A DNA stretch of 64,000 nucleotides from Octopus vulgaris (GCA_951406725.2 OX597831.1:62001-126000); one strand, 5' to 3'. Counted from the stretch's first letter, positions 41,395 through 54,501 are shown. Notes: generated by a model from the sequence alone, not told the origin. Program-made: numbers and translations.

Positions 41395-41787
41395 GTGGAG
41401 GCGCAATGGCCCAGTGGTTAGGGCAGCGGACTCGCGGTCATAGGATCGCGGTTTCGATTCCCAGACCGGGCGTTGCGAGTTTTTATTGAGCGAAAACACC
41501 TAAAAGCTCCACGACGCTCTGGCAGGGGATGGTGGTGATCCCTGCTGTACTCTTTCACCACAACTTTCTCTCACTCTTACTTCTTGTTTCTGTTGTACCT
41601 GTATTTCAAGGGGCCGGCCTTGTCACTCTCTGTGTCACGCTGAATATCCCCGAGAACTACGTTAAGGGTGCACGTGTCTGTGGAGTGCTCAGCCACTTAC
41701 ACGTTAATTTCACGAGCAGGCTGTTCCGTTGATTCGGATCAACCGGAACCCTCATCGTCGTAACCGACGGAGTGCTTCCAAAAAAAA
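41395..41787 (+). mobile_element. Full-length tRNA-derived SINE with 12-bp TSD
   Basis: GGCGCAATGGCCCAGTGGTTAGG (A box), GGTTTCGATTCC (B box), A-tail; ACTTCGAAGACT at 41383-41394 and 41788-41799. Confidence 0.95.
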
Positions 41788-41962
41788 ACTTCGAAGACTA
41801 TGCATTGGTAGTCAAAGAACAAGACTGCTACAAAACAATAAACAAGAGACAGTGAAACTTTTGATGCAACCGAAAATATAGATTATGCCACATTTCTCTA
41901 GAAGACACCACATATGCGACCAGCTGCTGCTAAAAATGCTACCAAGGTATTACTACCTAACG

Positions 41963-42163
41963 CAGTGGTTTTCAACCAGGGTTCCGCCAGTACAGTCCAG
42001 AGGTTCCGCAAGAAGTTACAAAACTGCTAAAATCGGCAGTAATTTTTAATTCTCCTGTGCAGATATGTGTGTATAAGACTATTAAATTATTGCACAGGGG
42101 TTCCTCGAGCCAGTGGAATGTCTCCTTGGGGTTCCACTCCAGCAAAAATGTTGAAAAGCACTG
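41963..42163. mobile_element. hAT-superfamily MITE (Charlie-like termini)
   Basis: TIRs CAGTGGTTTTCAAC / GTTGAAAAGCACTG; perfect 8-bp TSD ACCTAACG at 41955-41962 and 42164-42171. Confidence 0.92.
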
Positions 42164-42244
42164 ACCTAACGTAACATAACGTTGTCGCTAAAACAATAAA
42201 CAAAACCTTCCAATTAAAAAGGGCTGCCCTGGCATAAATTTAAG

Positions 42245-42750
42245 GAATCCTGTTATTGAATACATACATAAACATAAGGAATATTGGTGGAGCATTCCTA
42301 TCAAAACTTCTACCAAGTGCAAATATAACAAGCCGGATATTGTTTTGGACAGGCCAAGAAAAAATATCCTCGTCCCTGTTGTTGTGAATGACTCTTCGAA
42401 AATGAAAGAGAAAGAGGATAACTACAGACAACTGCTTCGAAATCTCCAGCTTCTATAACCTGATTATAAATTCACATTTTGAGAATATGGTGCACTTGGC
42501 TGTATGAATAAATGTCTAAGTACAATCTGAATAAGCTAAATTTTTCAGACAAAGAAACGAGCCAGCTACCATGCACATTACAAATACAATCTGTACATGG
42601 AACGGTAAAAATATGCAAGACATTTCTCAAGATCAAAATGTAAATTTGCTTTTGTTACCTACATTCAGACGATGGAGTGATATACCTTTGTTAGAAACCA
42701 GTTCCTTTCTTACAGGAAGATTTCAAATAATCAAAAACAGACGAGAACTT
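42245..42750 (+). pseudogene. 3' remnant of an R2-group (R4/Dong-like) non-LTR retrotransposon: restriction-like endonuclease domain plus 3' UTR
   Basis: Manual translation across frameshifts: EYWWSIPIKTSTKCKYNKPDIV...KEKEDNYRQLLRNLQLL*PDYKF...GALG...[21 protein letters not shown] (stop 42641-42643), matching the RLE NxPD...K..KY...GALG pattern; ends at a (CA)/(ACAT)n microsatellite. Confidence 0.82.
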
Positions 42751-42838
42751 ACAGACACACACACACACACACACACATACACACACAAACATACATATAT
42801 ACAAACATACATACATATATACAAACATACATACATAT

Positions 42839-42869
<31 letters not shown>

Positions 42870-43131
42870 CAAACATACATACATACATACATACATACAT
42901 ACACACACACATACATACATATATAAAAACATACATACATATATACAAACATACATATATACATACATACATATATACAAACATACATACATACATATAT
43001 ACAAACATACATACATACATACATACATACACACATACATACATACATTATCCCAACACAAATTAAAATCTCTAACTCTAAACACACAAACAATGGTCTA
43101 TTTCCGCCATTTTATCGTTAACTTCATCTCA

Positions 43132-43211
<80 letters not shown>

Positions 43212-43317
43212 TATATGTACATATATATGTGCTATTAAGTTAGACATGGCCTGGACCAATCTCTGGTCGAAACATATCTAAGTTTTATCTAAGTTTTATA
43301 TATATATATATATATAT

Positions 43318-43488
43318 AACAAGGGATCCTTAGGGGAGCTTAAGTTGAACATCCTATCTACACATCCCACCGATGCAATGTTGAGACAGGTCACAGAAGC
43401 TGTTTGTATACAAGAATACAAACCTACTCTCAACCGAAAGTCCGAATGGAATAACATCCAGATCCCATTCAGAAGGACTATTCTATAA
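43318..43488 (+). pseudogene. C-terminal GIY-YIG endonuclease fragment of a Penelope-like element
   Basis: Manual translation GELKLNILSTHPTDAMLRQVTEAVCIQEYKPTLNRKSEWNNIQIPFRRTIL*; R-Q-x-x-E-A and LNxKSEW motifs; 5'-truncated at (TA)n. Confidence 0.7.
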
Positions 43489-44651
43489 CCACCCCTCTCT
43501 CTCTCCCTTTCACCTGTAGTCCTTACATACAGGTTGCAATGCGTATGTGCAGTTATATACAACGGTATGAGCAGACGTTGTTTGATACGAACAGTTGCAC
43601 CTAGGCGTTGTACCCATTCACGGTTAGACGATGATGAGAGGAACAAACACACACCCACACACACATATATATATGTGTGTGCGTCTATACAAACATATAT
43701 GTAAATATGTATACAACCTTCAGCTAAGTAACAGTCATGTACACAACTTGGACGGACACATGCCAGTACACGGACATACGTTCACATACACATACACATG
43801 TACACACTCTCACGGACACATCTGCCCATTCTCCTAGACACTCACATACATACGTAGCACATGAATACAAACATACATACATACCTACGTATGGGCATAC
43901 ACACGTACATACGCACGTACATGTACACACACACATACATGGGCACATGCATACGGGCGCGTATACATACATACGCACATGCGTACGTATGTACATACAT
44001 ACATACATACATACATACATACATACATACATACATACATACATGCATGCGCACATACATACATACATACATACGAACAATAGTAAAACATTAGTTCTGT
44101 GATATAGAGATAAAAATCTGATAATAGATTTTAGGGTATAGTTCTTGTGAGCAAGCGTCATAAATTCACTTTCTAGCCTCGGCCGTAGGGAGTTGAAATT
44201 TGATAGCGTTGTGATGAGTGGTCACTCTACATCCATCCATCGCTACAGGTTTATAACTTTATGTTTTATAGAGTGTATGTGCGTGCTTATACACACACAT
44301 ACATATATACATACATACATACATACATACATACATGCATACACAGGCGTATGTGCGGACATGAATACGTACATACATACACACATGTATGCATACATAC
44401 ACACATACATACGTACATACATATATATGACGAACTAACTGTTACTTTCTTAGATGCAGCACGGACTTTGTCAGTGAACAGGTCGCGGATTTTAGCGACG
44501 AAAATATTTTGACAAATTAAACTTAAATGTTGGAGTGAATCGAACGGCTTTTGTGTGTTTCTTAAATGGCTTATAAACACCTCCCACGCTGCAATTGTTT
44601 TCGTTTCAGCACACGATCTCAGATCAAATTACTTGCTATGCGAGTACATCT

Positions 44652-44717
<66 letters not shown>

Positions 44718-44720
<3 letters not shown>

Positions 44721-44760
44721 TTGCATAGATACCCAGCGTTGCCCGGTTACATTCAATTGA
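44718..44760 (+). mobile_element. Possible Helitron/Helentron-like non-autonomous terminus
   Basis: TACTTGCATAGATACCCAGCGTTGCCCGG directly after (TA)n resembles the ACTAG...ACCCGGCGTTGCCCGG subterminal hairpin type; the other end was not identified. Confidence 0.3.
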
Positions 44761-45299
44761 AGAATTAGACTTTTCTGTTATATTTTGTGAATGAACTGGA
44801 ATATCTATGTTTCGAATTTAATCAAAATTGCAGATAAGGGTTATTTCCCTCTTTACACACCCTAAAAAAATTGTAATCGTACCACATGGAAACCAAAAGA
44901 CGAATGATCACAATAAGCAGTCAGTTATCCTACCCTAGTCGTTACCACTCCCAATATAGGATTCCTCACCATCCAGGTGACAGGCACAGCCGTAAGATGC
45001 ATTACGAATCTATAGCAATTGGAAGGGCGTGAACCAACTGAAATCAACATTAACAACTGTGTGACGTGAGGGCTTAGGAGAAATTAAAGTGTCACCTCTG
45101 GAGTTTGCAAATAACCACTATACTGATACGTAACTGGACAGAATGAATTTAAAATCTATAAATGTCTTTGAATAACCAGTCACTCATCTGGGAAGGCCTT
45201 GTAATCAATGTTACCATCTGGGGACTATGTGTGACCGTGTGATAATAAAAAGACTGAAAGGAGGTCTGCAATCAAATAACTTTACTCAACACTTTGCAA

Positions 45300-45490
45300 C
45301 TGGTCGTCATAGCGTCGACTGTGGGCTGGTAGCTGTGTACAGTCGCCCCAATGTCGCCCAGAGCGAGCTCTGGTCGCCATGGCATCGACTGTGGGCTGGT
45401 AGCTGTGTACAGTCGCCCCAATGTCTCCCAGAGCGAGCTCTGGTTGCCATGGCGTCGACTGTGGGCTAGTAACTGTGTATAGTCGCCATA
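45300..45490. repeat. GC-rich 70-bp tandem repeat, about 2.7 copies
   Basis: CAT(A/G)GC(G/A)TCGACTGTGGGCT... starts at 45308, 45378 and 45448. Confidence 0.93.
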
Positions 45491-45509
45491 GCATCTTTGC
45501 CTCCACTAA

Positions 45510-45633
45510 ATTTATTTGTGGCTGGTATGTTGCTATAGCAGAAGACACATGCCAAGTTACTACACAGTGGGATTGAACTGAGGACCAAGTGTTTTGGAAC
45601 CAAGTTTGTTACCACACAGCCACACCTGCACCT
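45510..45633 (-). mobile_element. Degenerate tRNA-derived SINE head
   Basis: Minus strand GGTGTGGCTGTGTGGTAA...AGTTCAATCCCACTG...TGTCTTCTGCTATAGC, homologous to 54830-54910. Confidence 0.7.
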
Positions 45634-45935
45634 GTGTGTGTGTGGGTGGGTGGGTGGGTGAGATGTTTGTATCGGTATGTGTGTATGGGTGTATATATGT
45701 ATGCATGTATATATGTGTATATATATATGTGTACATATTACATGTACATCTATATATACATCTAGACATACATGTTTACATATACATGTATATCTATAGA
45801 AATACATCTATACATATACAGCTATACATATACATCAGTATATATACATGTATTTATATATATATATACTCTTTAGCTTTCTCTTCCTTTTCTTCGTCTT
45901 CTTCTGATTATTACAATTATTTTCATTATAGTTCA

Positions 45936-45969
<34 letters not shown>

Positions 45970-46409
45970 CATATTGCTTTCTAATATTTGTATATAAATA
46001 ATAATTTCATATAAATTACAGAGTCGGCGCCCATTAACCCTACTCGGTGGTTCTCTCTGGCTTTTTATTATCATTCCTCAAGGGCTTCTTCATTTCTTTC
46101 TTCGCCTTTTTTTTGTAACTACTTTTGTCATCGTCGTCGCCGTAGTTGTTGTCGGCTTTATTGGTCTTGTTATTGCTGTGGTTGCTGCATCATTACCCAC
46201 TGATATTTCTATAGAAATGATATATATATAAATATATATACGTTACATTGAATGCTTTTTACTTCAATCATTACGATTCTTAATTGTATGTATGTATGTA
46301 TGTATGGATGGATGGATGGATGGATGGATGGATGGATGGATAGATGGATGGATGGATGGATGGATGGATGCATGGATGCATGCATGCATGCATGCATGAA
46401 TATATGTTT

Positions 46410-46516
46410 GCTTAAAAGTATGCTTGCATGTATATATATATATGTGTGTGTGAGGGTATGTGTATGCATGTACCTAAGTATGTATACACCATACGCATAT
46501 AAACGTATACATTATG

Positions 46517-46555
<39 letters not shown>

Positions 46556-46610
46556 ATACATATATGAATATATGTATATATATATACGTATATACATATA
46601 TTCGTATGCA

Positions 46611-46662
<52 letters not shown>

Positions 46663-46683
46663 TATACATACATATATACATAC

Positions 46684-46768
<85 letters not shown>

Positions 46769-46770
46769 GA
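46410..46770. repeat. Compound (TA)n/(TACA)n microsatellite, preceded by (GATG)n at 46285-46390
   Basis: Direct reading. Confidence 0.9.
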
Positions 46771-46954
46771 GATGAAGTTAACGATAAAATGGCGGAAATA
46801 TATATGCGTCCATGTGTGTACGTATGTACGCGTATATATGCATATGTACACATGGATGTATCTGTGTGTTTATGTACGTAGGTGCGTATGCATCTGATGT
46901 GTATACATGTATATGATGTATATATATATGTTTGTGTGTGTGTGTGTCTGTATG

Positions 46955-46996
<42 letters not shown>

Positions 46997-47324
46997 TATG
47001 TATTTGTTTGCCTTTTTAATATTCCTCTTTGTGATGATAAATGGTGATGATTCTTTCATAAGAGAATTAAACACATATTTAATATCAATATTAAATTATA
47101 CAATTTATTGATTTGCTTTTCATTTCGCTTCGATTTTGTTTTTTGTTTTAGTTTTTCTCATTTTTGATTTTGGTGTCTGATTTTCTCATTTCCTTTTCAG
47201 TAAGTCAAATGAATAAACAGACGATAGACTAGACTGGTTTTCACTGGTTTAGTCTTGTTTGTTCTGATTTGGTCCAGGAGAGTTAGTCGGTGGGTTCTTT
47301 TTTAACTAGTCTGGTTTCATTTTA

Positions 47325-47349
47325 TTGGTTGGTTGGTTGGTTGGTTGGT

Positions 47350-47380
<31 letters not shown>

Positions 47381-48470
47381 TTGGTCGGTCGGTCGGTCGG
47401 TCGGTCGGTCGGTCGGTCTGATGATCGAGTGGGGGTTGTTGTTTGCTTGCTTGGTTAGTTGGTTCAGCTGCTAATTCTTGGATTATTGGTTGGTCGGTCT
47501 GTCGGTCGGTCGATCGTTGGTTGGTTGGTTGTTGGTTGGTTGGTTGGCTGATTTGTTGGTTGGTTGGTTGGTTGGTTGGTTGGTTGGCTGATTTGTTGGT
47601 TGGTTGGTTGGTTGGTTGGTTGGCTGATTTTTTGGTTGGTTGGTTGGTTGGTTGGTTGGTTGGTTGGTTGGCTGATTTGTTGGTTGGTTGGTTGGTTGGT
47701 TGGTTGGTTGGTTGGTTGGTTGGTTGGTTGGTTGGCTGATTTGTTGGTTGGTTGGTTGGTTGGTTGGCTGGCTGGCTGGCTGGCTGGTTGGCTGATTTGT
47801 TGGTTGGTTGGTTGGTTGGTTGGTTGGTTGGTTGGTTGGTTGCTGATTTGTTGGTTGGTTGGTTGGTTGGTTGGTTGGCTGGTTGGCTGATTTGTTGGTT
47901 GGTTGGTTGGTTGGTTGGTTGGTTGGTTTGTTGGTTGGTTGGTTGGTTGGTTGGTTGGTTGATTTGTTGGTTGGTTGGTTGGTTGGTTGGTTGGCTGGCT
48001 GATTTGTTGGTTGGTTGGCTGATTTGTTGGTTGGTTGGTTGGTTGGTTGGTTGGCTGATTTGTTGGTTGGTTGGTTGGTTGGTTGGTTGGTTGGTTGGTT
48101 GGTTGGTTGGTTGGCTGATTTTTTGGTTGGTTGGCTGATTTGTTGGTTGGTTGATTGGTTGGTTGGTTGGCTGATTTGTTGGTTGGTTGGTTGGTTGGTT
48201 GGTTGGTTGGTTGGCTGATTTGTTGGTTGGTTGGCTGATTTGTTGGTTGGTTGGTTGGTTGGTTGGCTGATTTGTTGGTTGGTTGGTTGGTTGGTTGGTT
48301 GGTTGGTTGGTTGGTTGGTTGGTTGGTTGGTTGGTTGGTTGGTTGGTTGGTTGGTTGGTTGGTTGGTTGGCTGATTTTTTGGTTGGTTGGCTGATTTGTT
48401 GGTTGGTTGGTTGGTTGGCTGATTTGTTTGTTGGTTGGTTGGCTGGTTGGTTGGCTGGCTGGTTCGTTCC
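47325..48470 (+). repeat. (TTGG)n tetranucleotide array punctuated by GCTGATTT
   Basis: Direct reading; begins with a TTGG/CTGG/TCGG series. Confidence 0.95.
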
Positions 48471-48799
48471 TGCGTTCGTTCGTTCATGGCTGGCAGGCTG
48501 GCTGGTTTGTTGGTTAGTTGGCTGGTTGCTTACTTGCTTGGCTGATTGGTTGGTTGGTTGGTGGTTTGCTTGTTTGGCTGCTTGCTTGACTGGTTGGTCG
48601 CTTAAGTGGTTGATTAGCTGGTTGATTGCTCACTTTTGTAATGTTGATAGAGCTGGAGCACCACATTCTAACGTAGCAGCCATGTCAGCATGAACGTCGT
48701 TGGAGGCTAGCCTCTTTTTTCTGCAGTTACTAAATAATACCACGATATCAAATTTTGTCCATTTTCAAGAGAAGTCACTTTTGAAGTTTTCTTTGAACA

Positions 48800-48879
48800 A
48801 TCAACATTATTTACATTCGACGAATATTTGTCCTCATCTTGTCTTGAGGAAATTTCGAGCCTGGTTTCTCATTACTATA

Positions 48880-48916
<37 letters not shown>

Positions 48917-49515
48917 GCTGCTGCTGCTGCTGTTGTTGTAGTTGTTGTTGTTGTTGTTCAGGTCACTGCTTGGAATCGGACTCGGAATCTTGGGGTTAGT
49001 AGCCCGCGCTCTTAACCACTAATTGCCCGTGGGCAATTATGGAGTGAATTTTGGGGCTTATAAATCTAATATTCTCCTATCCTTCCTTAAAACCCGTTCC
49101 CATATGCTGCTCATATCTGCATTCGGTCTGCTTAGGAGTTTGTTGTGTCCTAGCATATGTGCTGCTTCTTTTAGTTTTCGTATTTTCCAGTGGTGTTTTC
49201 TGTCTATTATTTTAACTTTATCCCTCAAGAATTGGTGGTCTCCATTTTTCCATACATGATCAGCTATATCCGATTTATCAATATCTCCTCGTGTCACAGC
49301 TTTGCGATGTTCGTCTACCCTTATTTTGAGGGGGCGGCATGTTTCGCCTTTGTATAACCTATCACAGCTGCATGGCATGGAGTACACGCAGTCTTTGGTC
49401 ATATTCTCTTCTATTGGTGGTTTTACTCGAAGGAGATATTTGCGAAGTGTTGCATTACTCTTGAATACTGTCCTGTGGTCATATGAGCCGCATATCCTCC
49501 GTATCTTTTCGGAAA
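48800..49515 (-). pseudogene. Penelope-like element remnant: GIY-YIG endonuclease (49058-49515) plus downstream region with a tRNA-like segment
   Basis: In-frame SEKIRRICGSYDHRTVFKSNATLRKYLLRVKPPIEENMTKDCVYSMPCSCDRLYKGETCRPLKIRVDEH...SDIADHVW...RKLKEA: VY-x-x-PC-x-C...Y-x-GET-x-R...EH...H...E, typical of the Penelope/Poseidon endonuclease. Confidence 0.88.
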
Positions 49516-49924
49516 AAGACAGTATAAGCCCGTTTAGTCTTGGCGAAGGTAGTAGTAAGAAAGATAGATTCCCTATCGTCTCGTGTCAGCGACGAGAGAA
49601 TCGAGGAGGAGGAGTGAGAGAGAGGAAACAGTGAAGGGGAGAGGAGTTACTAAACCACCTTGTTTTTACCAGCTTGATAGATAAGGAAATGAGTGAATAT
49701 TTCGGCCATGAAACCTGAGTTGCTGTATTTTATAAGGCACTTTTTTTTTTCTTTTTGTAACAATATCTTTATTCTCTTAACTAATCGAGTGTTATACTGT
49801 CTGTTGAACTTCATACCGCATACATATCTCTGTGTTTATGTATGTGTGTGTATGTATGTGTGTGTATGTGTGTGTGCGTGCGTCTCTACGTATGTGTGTG
49901 TCTGTGCGTGTATGTGTGTGTTTT

Positions 49925-50125
49925 CCCCTCACTCTCGATTAACAATTGGTGCTGGTTTGTTTACGTTCCCATAACTCAGCGATTCGGTAAAACAGAAAGA
50001 TAGAATAAGATAGAATAAGAGACGAAAGAAATTAGTGCTGAGTCGATTTGTTCCCCTAAAACCCTTCAAGGCAGCCCTCCCAGCAGGGCCACGATTCCAT
50101 GACTGAATCAAGTAAAAGAAAAGGA
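49925..50125 (+). mobile_element. Degenerate SINE 3' half
   Basis: TGTTTACGTTCCCATAACTCAGCG...GTCGATTTGTTC...CCCAGCAGGGCCACG...ATGACTGAATCAAGTAAAAG; same tail family as 52545 and 54502. Confidence 0.7.
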
Positions 50126-51247
50126 TCTTTGCTTCTATGTTCGTTCATCTTTATTTTCATCTATCTATCCGACCGGCGGCCTTATTCATTTATATATTTG
50201 TCTTTCTGTTCGTGTGGTTGTTGTGTTCGTCTTTTTACTTTTCCGTCTGCTTATCAGACTGCTTGCCTGGTTGTCTGCCTGTCTGTCTGTCAGCCTATCG
50301 GCTGCCGACAGCCATTTGTTTTCTGTTGGATGACAGTTACCAGTTAACAATATTTTGAAAGTACGTACGACTGTCTATATCCGCCAGTCTGTATGTTAGC
50401 CAGTTCGTTTATCTAACTATCTATCCATCTTCTATCTACCAATATGTCTAGCTACCTATCAATCTATGTATCTACCTACCTACCTGCCTATCTGGTTAGC
50501 TGTCGGTTTCTCTACTTATTTATCTATTCATTATCTATCAGTACATGCGTGTGTCTGTGTGTCTATCTTTCTACGCATTTATTTATCTATCAGCCTACCT
50601 ATCCATCGGTCTCTCTATCTACCTATCTCTCTATCTTTTTATCTATCTACCTGTCTCCCTACCTCCATATCTCTATCTATCTGTCTACATATCCATCTAT
50701 CTCTACGTCTTCCGTGTGTCAGTACGTGTGTCAGTCTAACTTCCTGTTTGTTTCTTTCAATCGATTTTTCTAAAAGAAAATATCGCACCCATTTTCTTTT
50801 ATGTTTTCTTTTCATTTTTTTGTTTTTTATTTTGATTTCATTTGATTTTTTTTTATCTTGGAAGGGTTTTTTTTTCTTTTTCTGCGTTACTTTTTTAATT
50901 TTCTAGCAAAATTTATTGACAAAAAAACATGCAAAAAAATAGCTAAATTGTTTTCACAAACATATTCTATTCAAAATATTGTAGAAAATAAAAAAGATGA
51001 ATCTCAGCCATACCACGTTACTCAAAACATCTTAACAAGCGGTGTAGGCGGGGGGATGTGCTAAGAAAGGCGGTGGGGGTGCCTCTATGAAGTCGCTCGA
51101 CCTGTTATAAATAACAAATTCTCTTAACTCACACCTTAACTGTCTTAGTAAGTGCACGAAGAATAATGTGATCCTAGATCGTCTACACCTGTGGTTCCCA
51201 AACCCTTTCAGGTTGCCGCCCCCTTGGCACTCAGGCCACATCCTCAG

Positions 51248-51294
<47 letters not shown>

Positions 51295-52544
51295 CTCGCC
51301 CCCATAAACATAGACCACTAGGCTTAGGTCACAATAACCAATTATGAAATTAACCCTGTCATATGAGGAACCTTTATCTGGTCGCTCGATCTGCTAGAAA
51401 TAGGAGTCAAACTCCCTCAAGCCACACACTACAGTAATGAATGAAGGACACGCTGGATAATGTTGTCCGGGATATGACAGAGCTCGTACATAGTCATGTC
51501 TTGTACCCTACCGTCTGATTAAGAGTTAAGATAAACGACTGAAAGATCTTGTATGTAGTCGCATGACTTGTTTTCCGACCATCTTATTGAGTTAACATAA
51601 ACCAATGAATGATTGCATCCAATCATGTGACCTGTGTCGTACCAGCTAATTAAGAACTAACATAAATCAACGAAAGAGCTTGTACACAGTCAGGTAGCCT
51701 GTTTCCTATCAGCTTTTTGAATGGAGTCCATATAGGCCAATAAAAGAACTCAAGTGACCACTCAATCTGTTAGAAATAGCAACCAAATCGATTCCAAACT
51801 AATCCAGGGAGCAGCCTGAACCCCCATTTCAAATTACCTCAGCACGGTTCACATTACCTCATCTCTGATTTTGCTAAAAACGCTTACAACTCATGAAACG
51901 TTTATAGCATTAAACACCTGTAACATTCAAGATTCTAGACTAATTTTAAAATGAGAAAATTAAAAAAAAAAATTTAAGTATTAAATTTTTTTAACATTTC
52001 CTAACATTTTTATGACACCTTTAAAAAAAAACTCTTTGAACTTTATACATTCTGAGTCTACGAATTTTTCAAATAAAAACATTACTTTCTGATAATTTAA
52101 AACTTTGATTTCAATTTGAATTTACTAAAATTAAAAATATAATTACAAATATATTTATACATATGAAATACGATCAGAATATATATTATACAAAATGGGT
52201 TTCCAACCCCAAAATTACAAGCTAATATTTATAACTTTATTTGTACTTCGACAACCAATTCCAAAAATGAAATTAAATTATATTAATACATACACTTTAA
52301 AATGCAAACGAAATATTGCTATAAACAAAGCAAGATATATTGATATACTTTAAATGAAGACGAAATGTATTTATTATACAAAATAATATATATAAATCTA
52401 CATTAAATGCAAATGAAATGTAGTTATATACAAAATGAGATATATTTGTACACATCAGATGCAAATGGTTTGTATTTACATACGAAGGAAGATGTTTGTT
52501 CACTTATTGGTAGTGATTATAAGTTACAGAATAAATAATTATAG

Positions 52545-52745
52545 TATCTTTTATCTTTTACTTGTTCCAGTCAAATGACTGCGGCCATGCTGGGGCCATA
52601 CTAGTCGAACAAATAGAATCCATAGCTTTTTTTCTTTTTAAGCCAAGTACTTGTTCTATTGGTTTTCTTTGGCCGAACTACTAAGTTATGGAGACGTAAA
52701 CGCACAAACACCGGTTGTGAAGCAGTAATGGAGTGACAAAGACAC
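52545..52745 (-). mobile_element. Degenerate SINE 3' half
   Basis: CTTTTACTTGTTCCAGTCAAATGACTGCGGCCATGCTGGGGC...GCCGAACTACTAAGTTATGGAGACGTAAAC. Confidence 0.75.
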
Positions 52746-53015
52746 ACATACATACATACAAACATACATACATACATACATACATACATACATACATACA
52801 TACATACATACATACATGCATGCATAAATATATACATACATACATACATACATGTATGCATGTATGTATGTATGTATGTATGTATGTATGTATGTATGTA
52901 TGTATGTATGTATGTATGTATGTATGTATGTATGTATGTATGTATGTATGTATGTATGGTATATCGCTAGCCACTACACATTCTTTATTTTCTCTCCTTG
53001 TTTCTTTCTGTGTTC

Positions 53016-53051
53016 CTTTCTGTGGAGGAGCGTAGGCTCGAAATGTTAAAG
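53016..53051 (+). ncRNA. Degenerate minimal type-I hammerhead-ribozyme-like motif in a probable Penelope-like LTR fragment (about 52960-53152)
   Basis: CUUU-CUGuGGA-g-GAGC(guag)GCUC-GAAAu-GUU-AAAG: stem I CUUU/AAAG, stem II GAGC/GCUC; the core has an A6U change. Confidence 0.45.
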
Positions 53052-53375
53052 ACTTTTTCACTTCCCGAGCCTTATACTAATACATCTGTTTGTTGTCTAC
53101 ACTACCAGTCTTCGTCTTTTTTTTTTGTTTTGTTTTTTTTGTGAATTCTCCCTATATATATATATTTGTAAATAGTACCGGTTCGCTGTCAGTTAAGTAT
53201 TTAAAATAGATTATTGAATAGTTAACATATAAATCCAATAAAGGTCTTAGATTAGAATTTAGAGATATATTCCGCTGAATATATTACCTTAACCATTTAG
53301 GCTTCCTAGAGTATATAATACCAATAATATTAATAATATGGTTGGTTACGAAGTTGCATAGCATTACCTTTAATT

Positions 53376-53514
<139 letters not shown>

Positions 53515-53750
53515 CCTTTAAATTCAGATGCACATATCTCGGCTCAAACAAAACTTTATTAATCGAAATAAATACCATCAGGGGTAGGTTTTCGATCAAA
53601 AGGGATCGTGAAAAGGTAAGGAAAAAAAACTATCAATAGGGATCGTGTATCACAGAAATGTCCTGATGTAAAGTGTAAAGGGGGAAGCAGATAAGGTTTA
53701 TCCGTGGAAAGAAAAGCTTACGGAAAAGACCACGGTAACCTCGGTCAATA

Positions 53751-53814
<64 letters not shown>

Positions 53815-54501
53815 CTGAGTATATACTCAAATAATGCATGAGCACATCTCGTGGTTTCACTTACTGCCCTGTATGCCAAATCTAACCCAAAAAGCTTTTT
53901 CTACATTTCCCAAAACCTCAATTAATTGAACTTATTGGAATAATCTCCCTTGGTGGGTTTATATATTTTTAAATACCCCTTAGAGGAAGTTTCGTCAACA
54001 GATTACATGGATAATATCAGTAAATTGAAATTTTGCAACTCACTATTTTGTATCTGAGAAATCCTGTCGTGTTGTATTTAAGATACAGAAATACCTTTTC
54101 CCATCGTGGTATTTCCTTTCAGCCATATTGTACAAAAACAACCAGCGGGAGATCGAACCCAGCTGACGTATTTCATTGTCATTTAGAACAGAATTTTGCT
54201 TCAAGGTGAAAAAGACGTATTTAGCAGATGTTTTTTGTAGTTGCTGATGTTGTTGTTTTTTTTGGGGGGGGAGTTTTTTTATGACTTCTGTGAATGTTGC
54301 CAAACATTGAAGTTGTTGTTGGGACGTCTGTTGCTCCTGCGGCTGTGAATGGTGTTGGTGTTGTTCGGAAATTCTCTTGCTGCTACGGTTGTGATTGCTG
54401 TCGTAATAGTTGTTGTTTGTAGCTTCTGTTGTTACTATTATTGTAGCTGTTGTTGTTGTTGTTGTTGCGGTTGATATGGTTGTTAAGTTCTCTGTTGCAG
54501 C

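Noticed and set aside
41395-41470. tRNA gene candidates (also 6270-6343, 56310-56389, 48959-49020)
   Set aside because: They are tRNA-derived heads continuous with SINE or PLE bodies, tails or TSDs; no complete cloverleaf with terminator was seen.
47325-48470. Telomeric repeat
   Set aside because: The unit is TTGG, not TTAGGG or TTAGG, and it is interstitial.
51189-51320. Second hAT MITE (CTGTGGTTCCCAAAC...GACCACTA)
   Set aside because: The right terminus is degenerate and no 8-bp TSD is present, so it is not supportable as a defined element.
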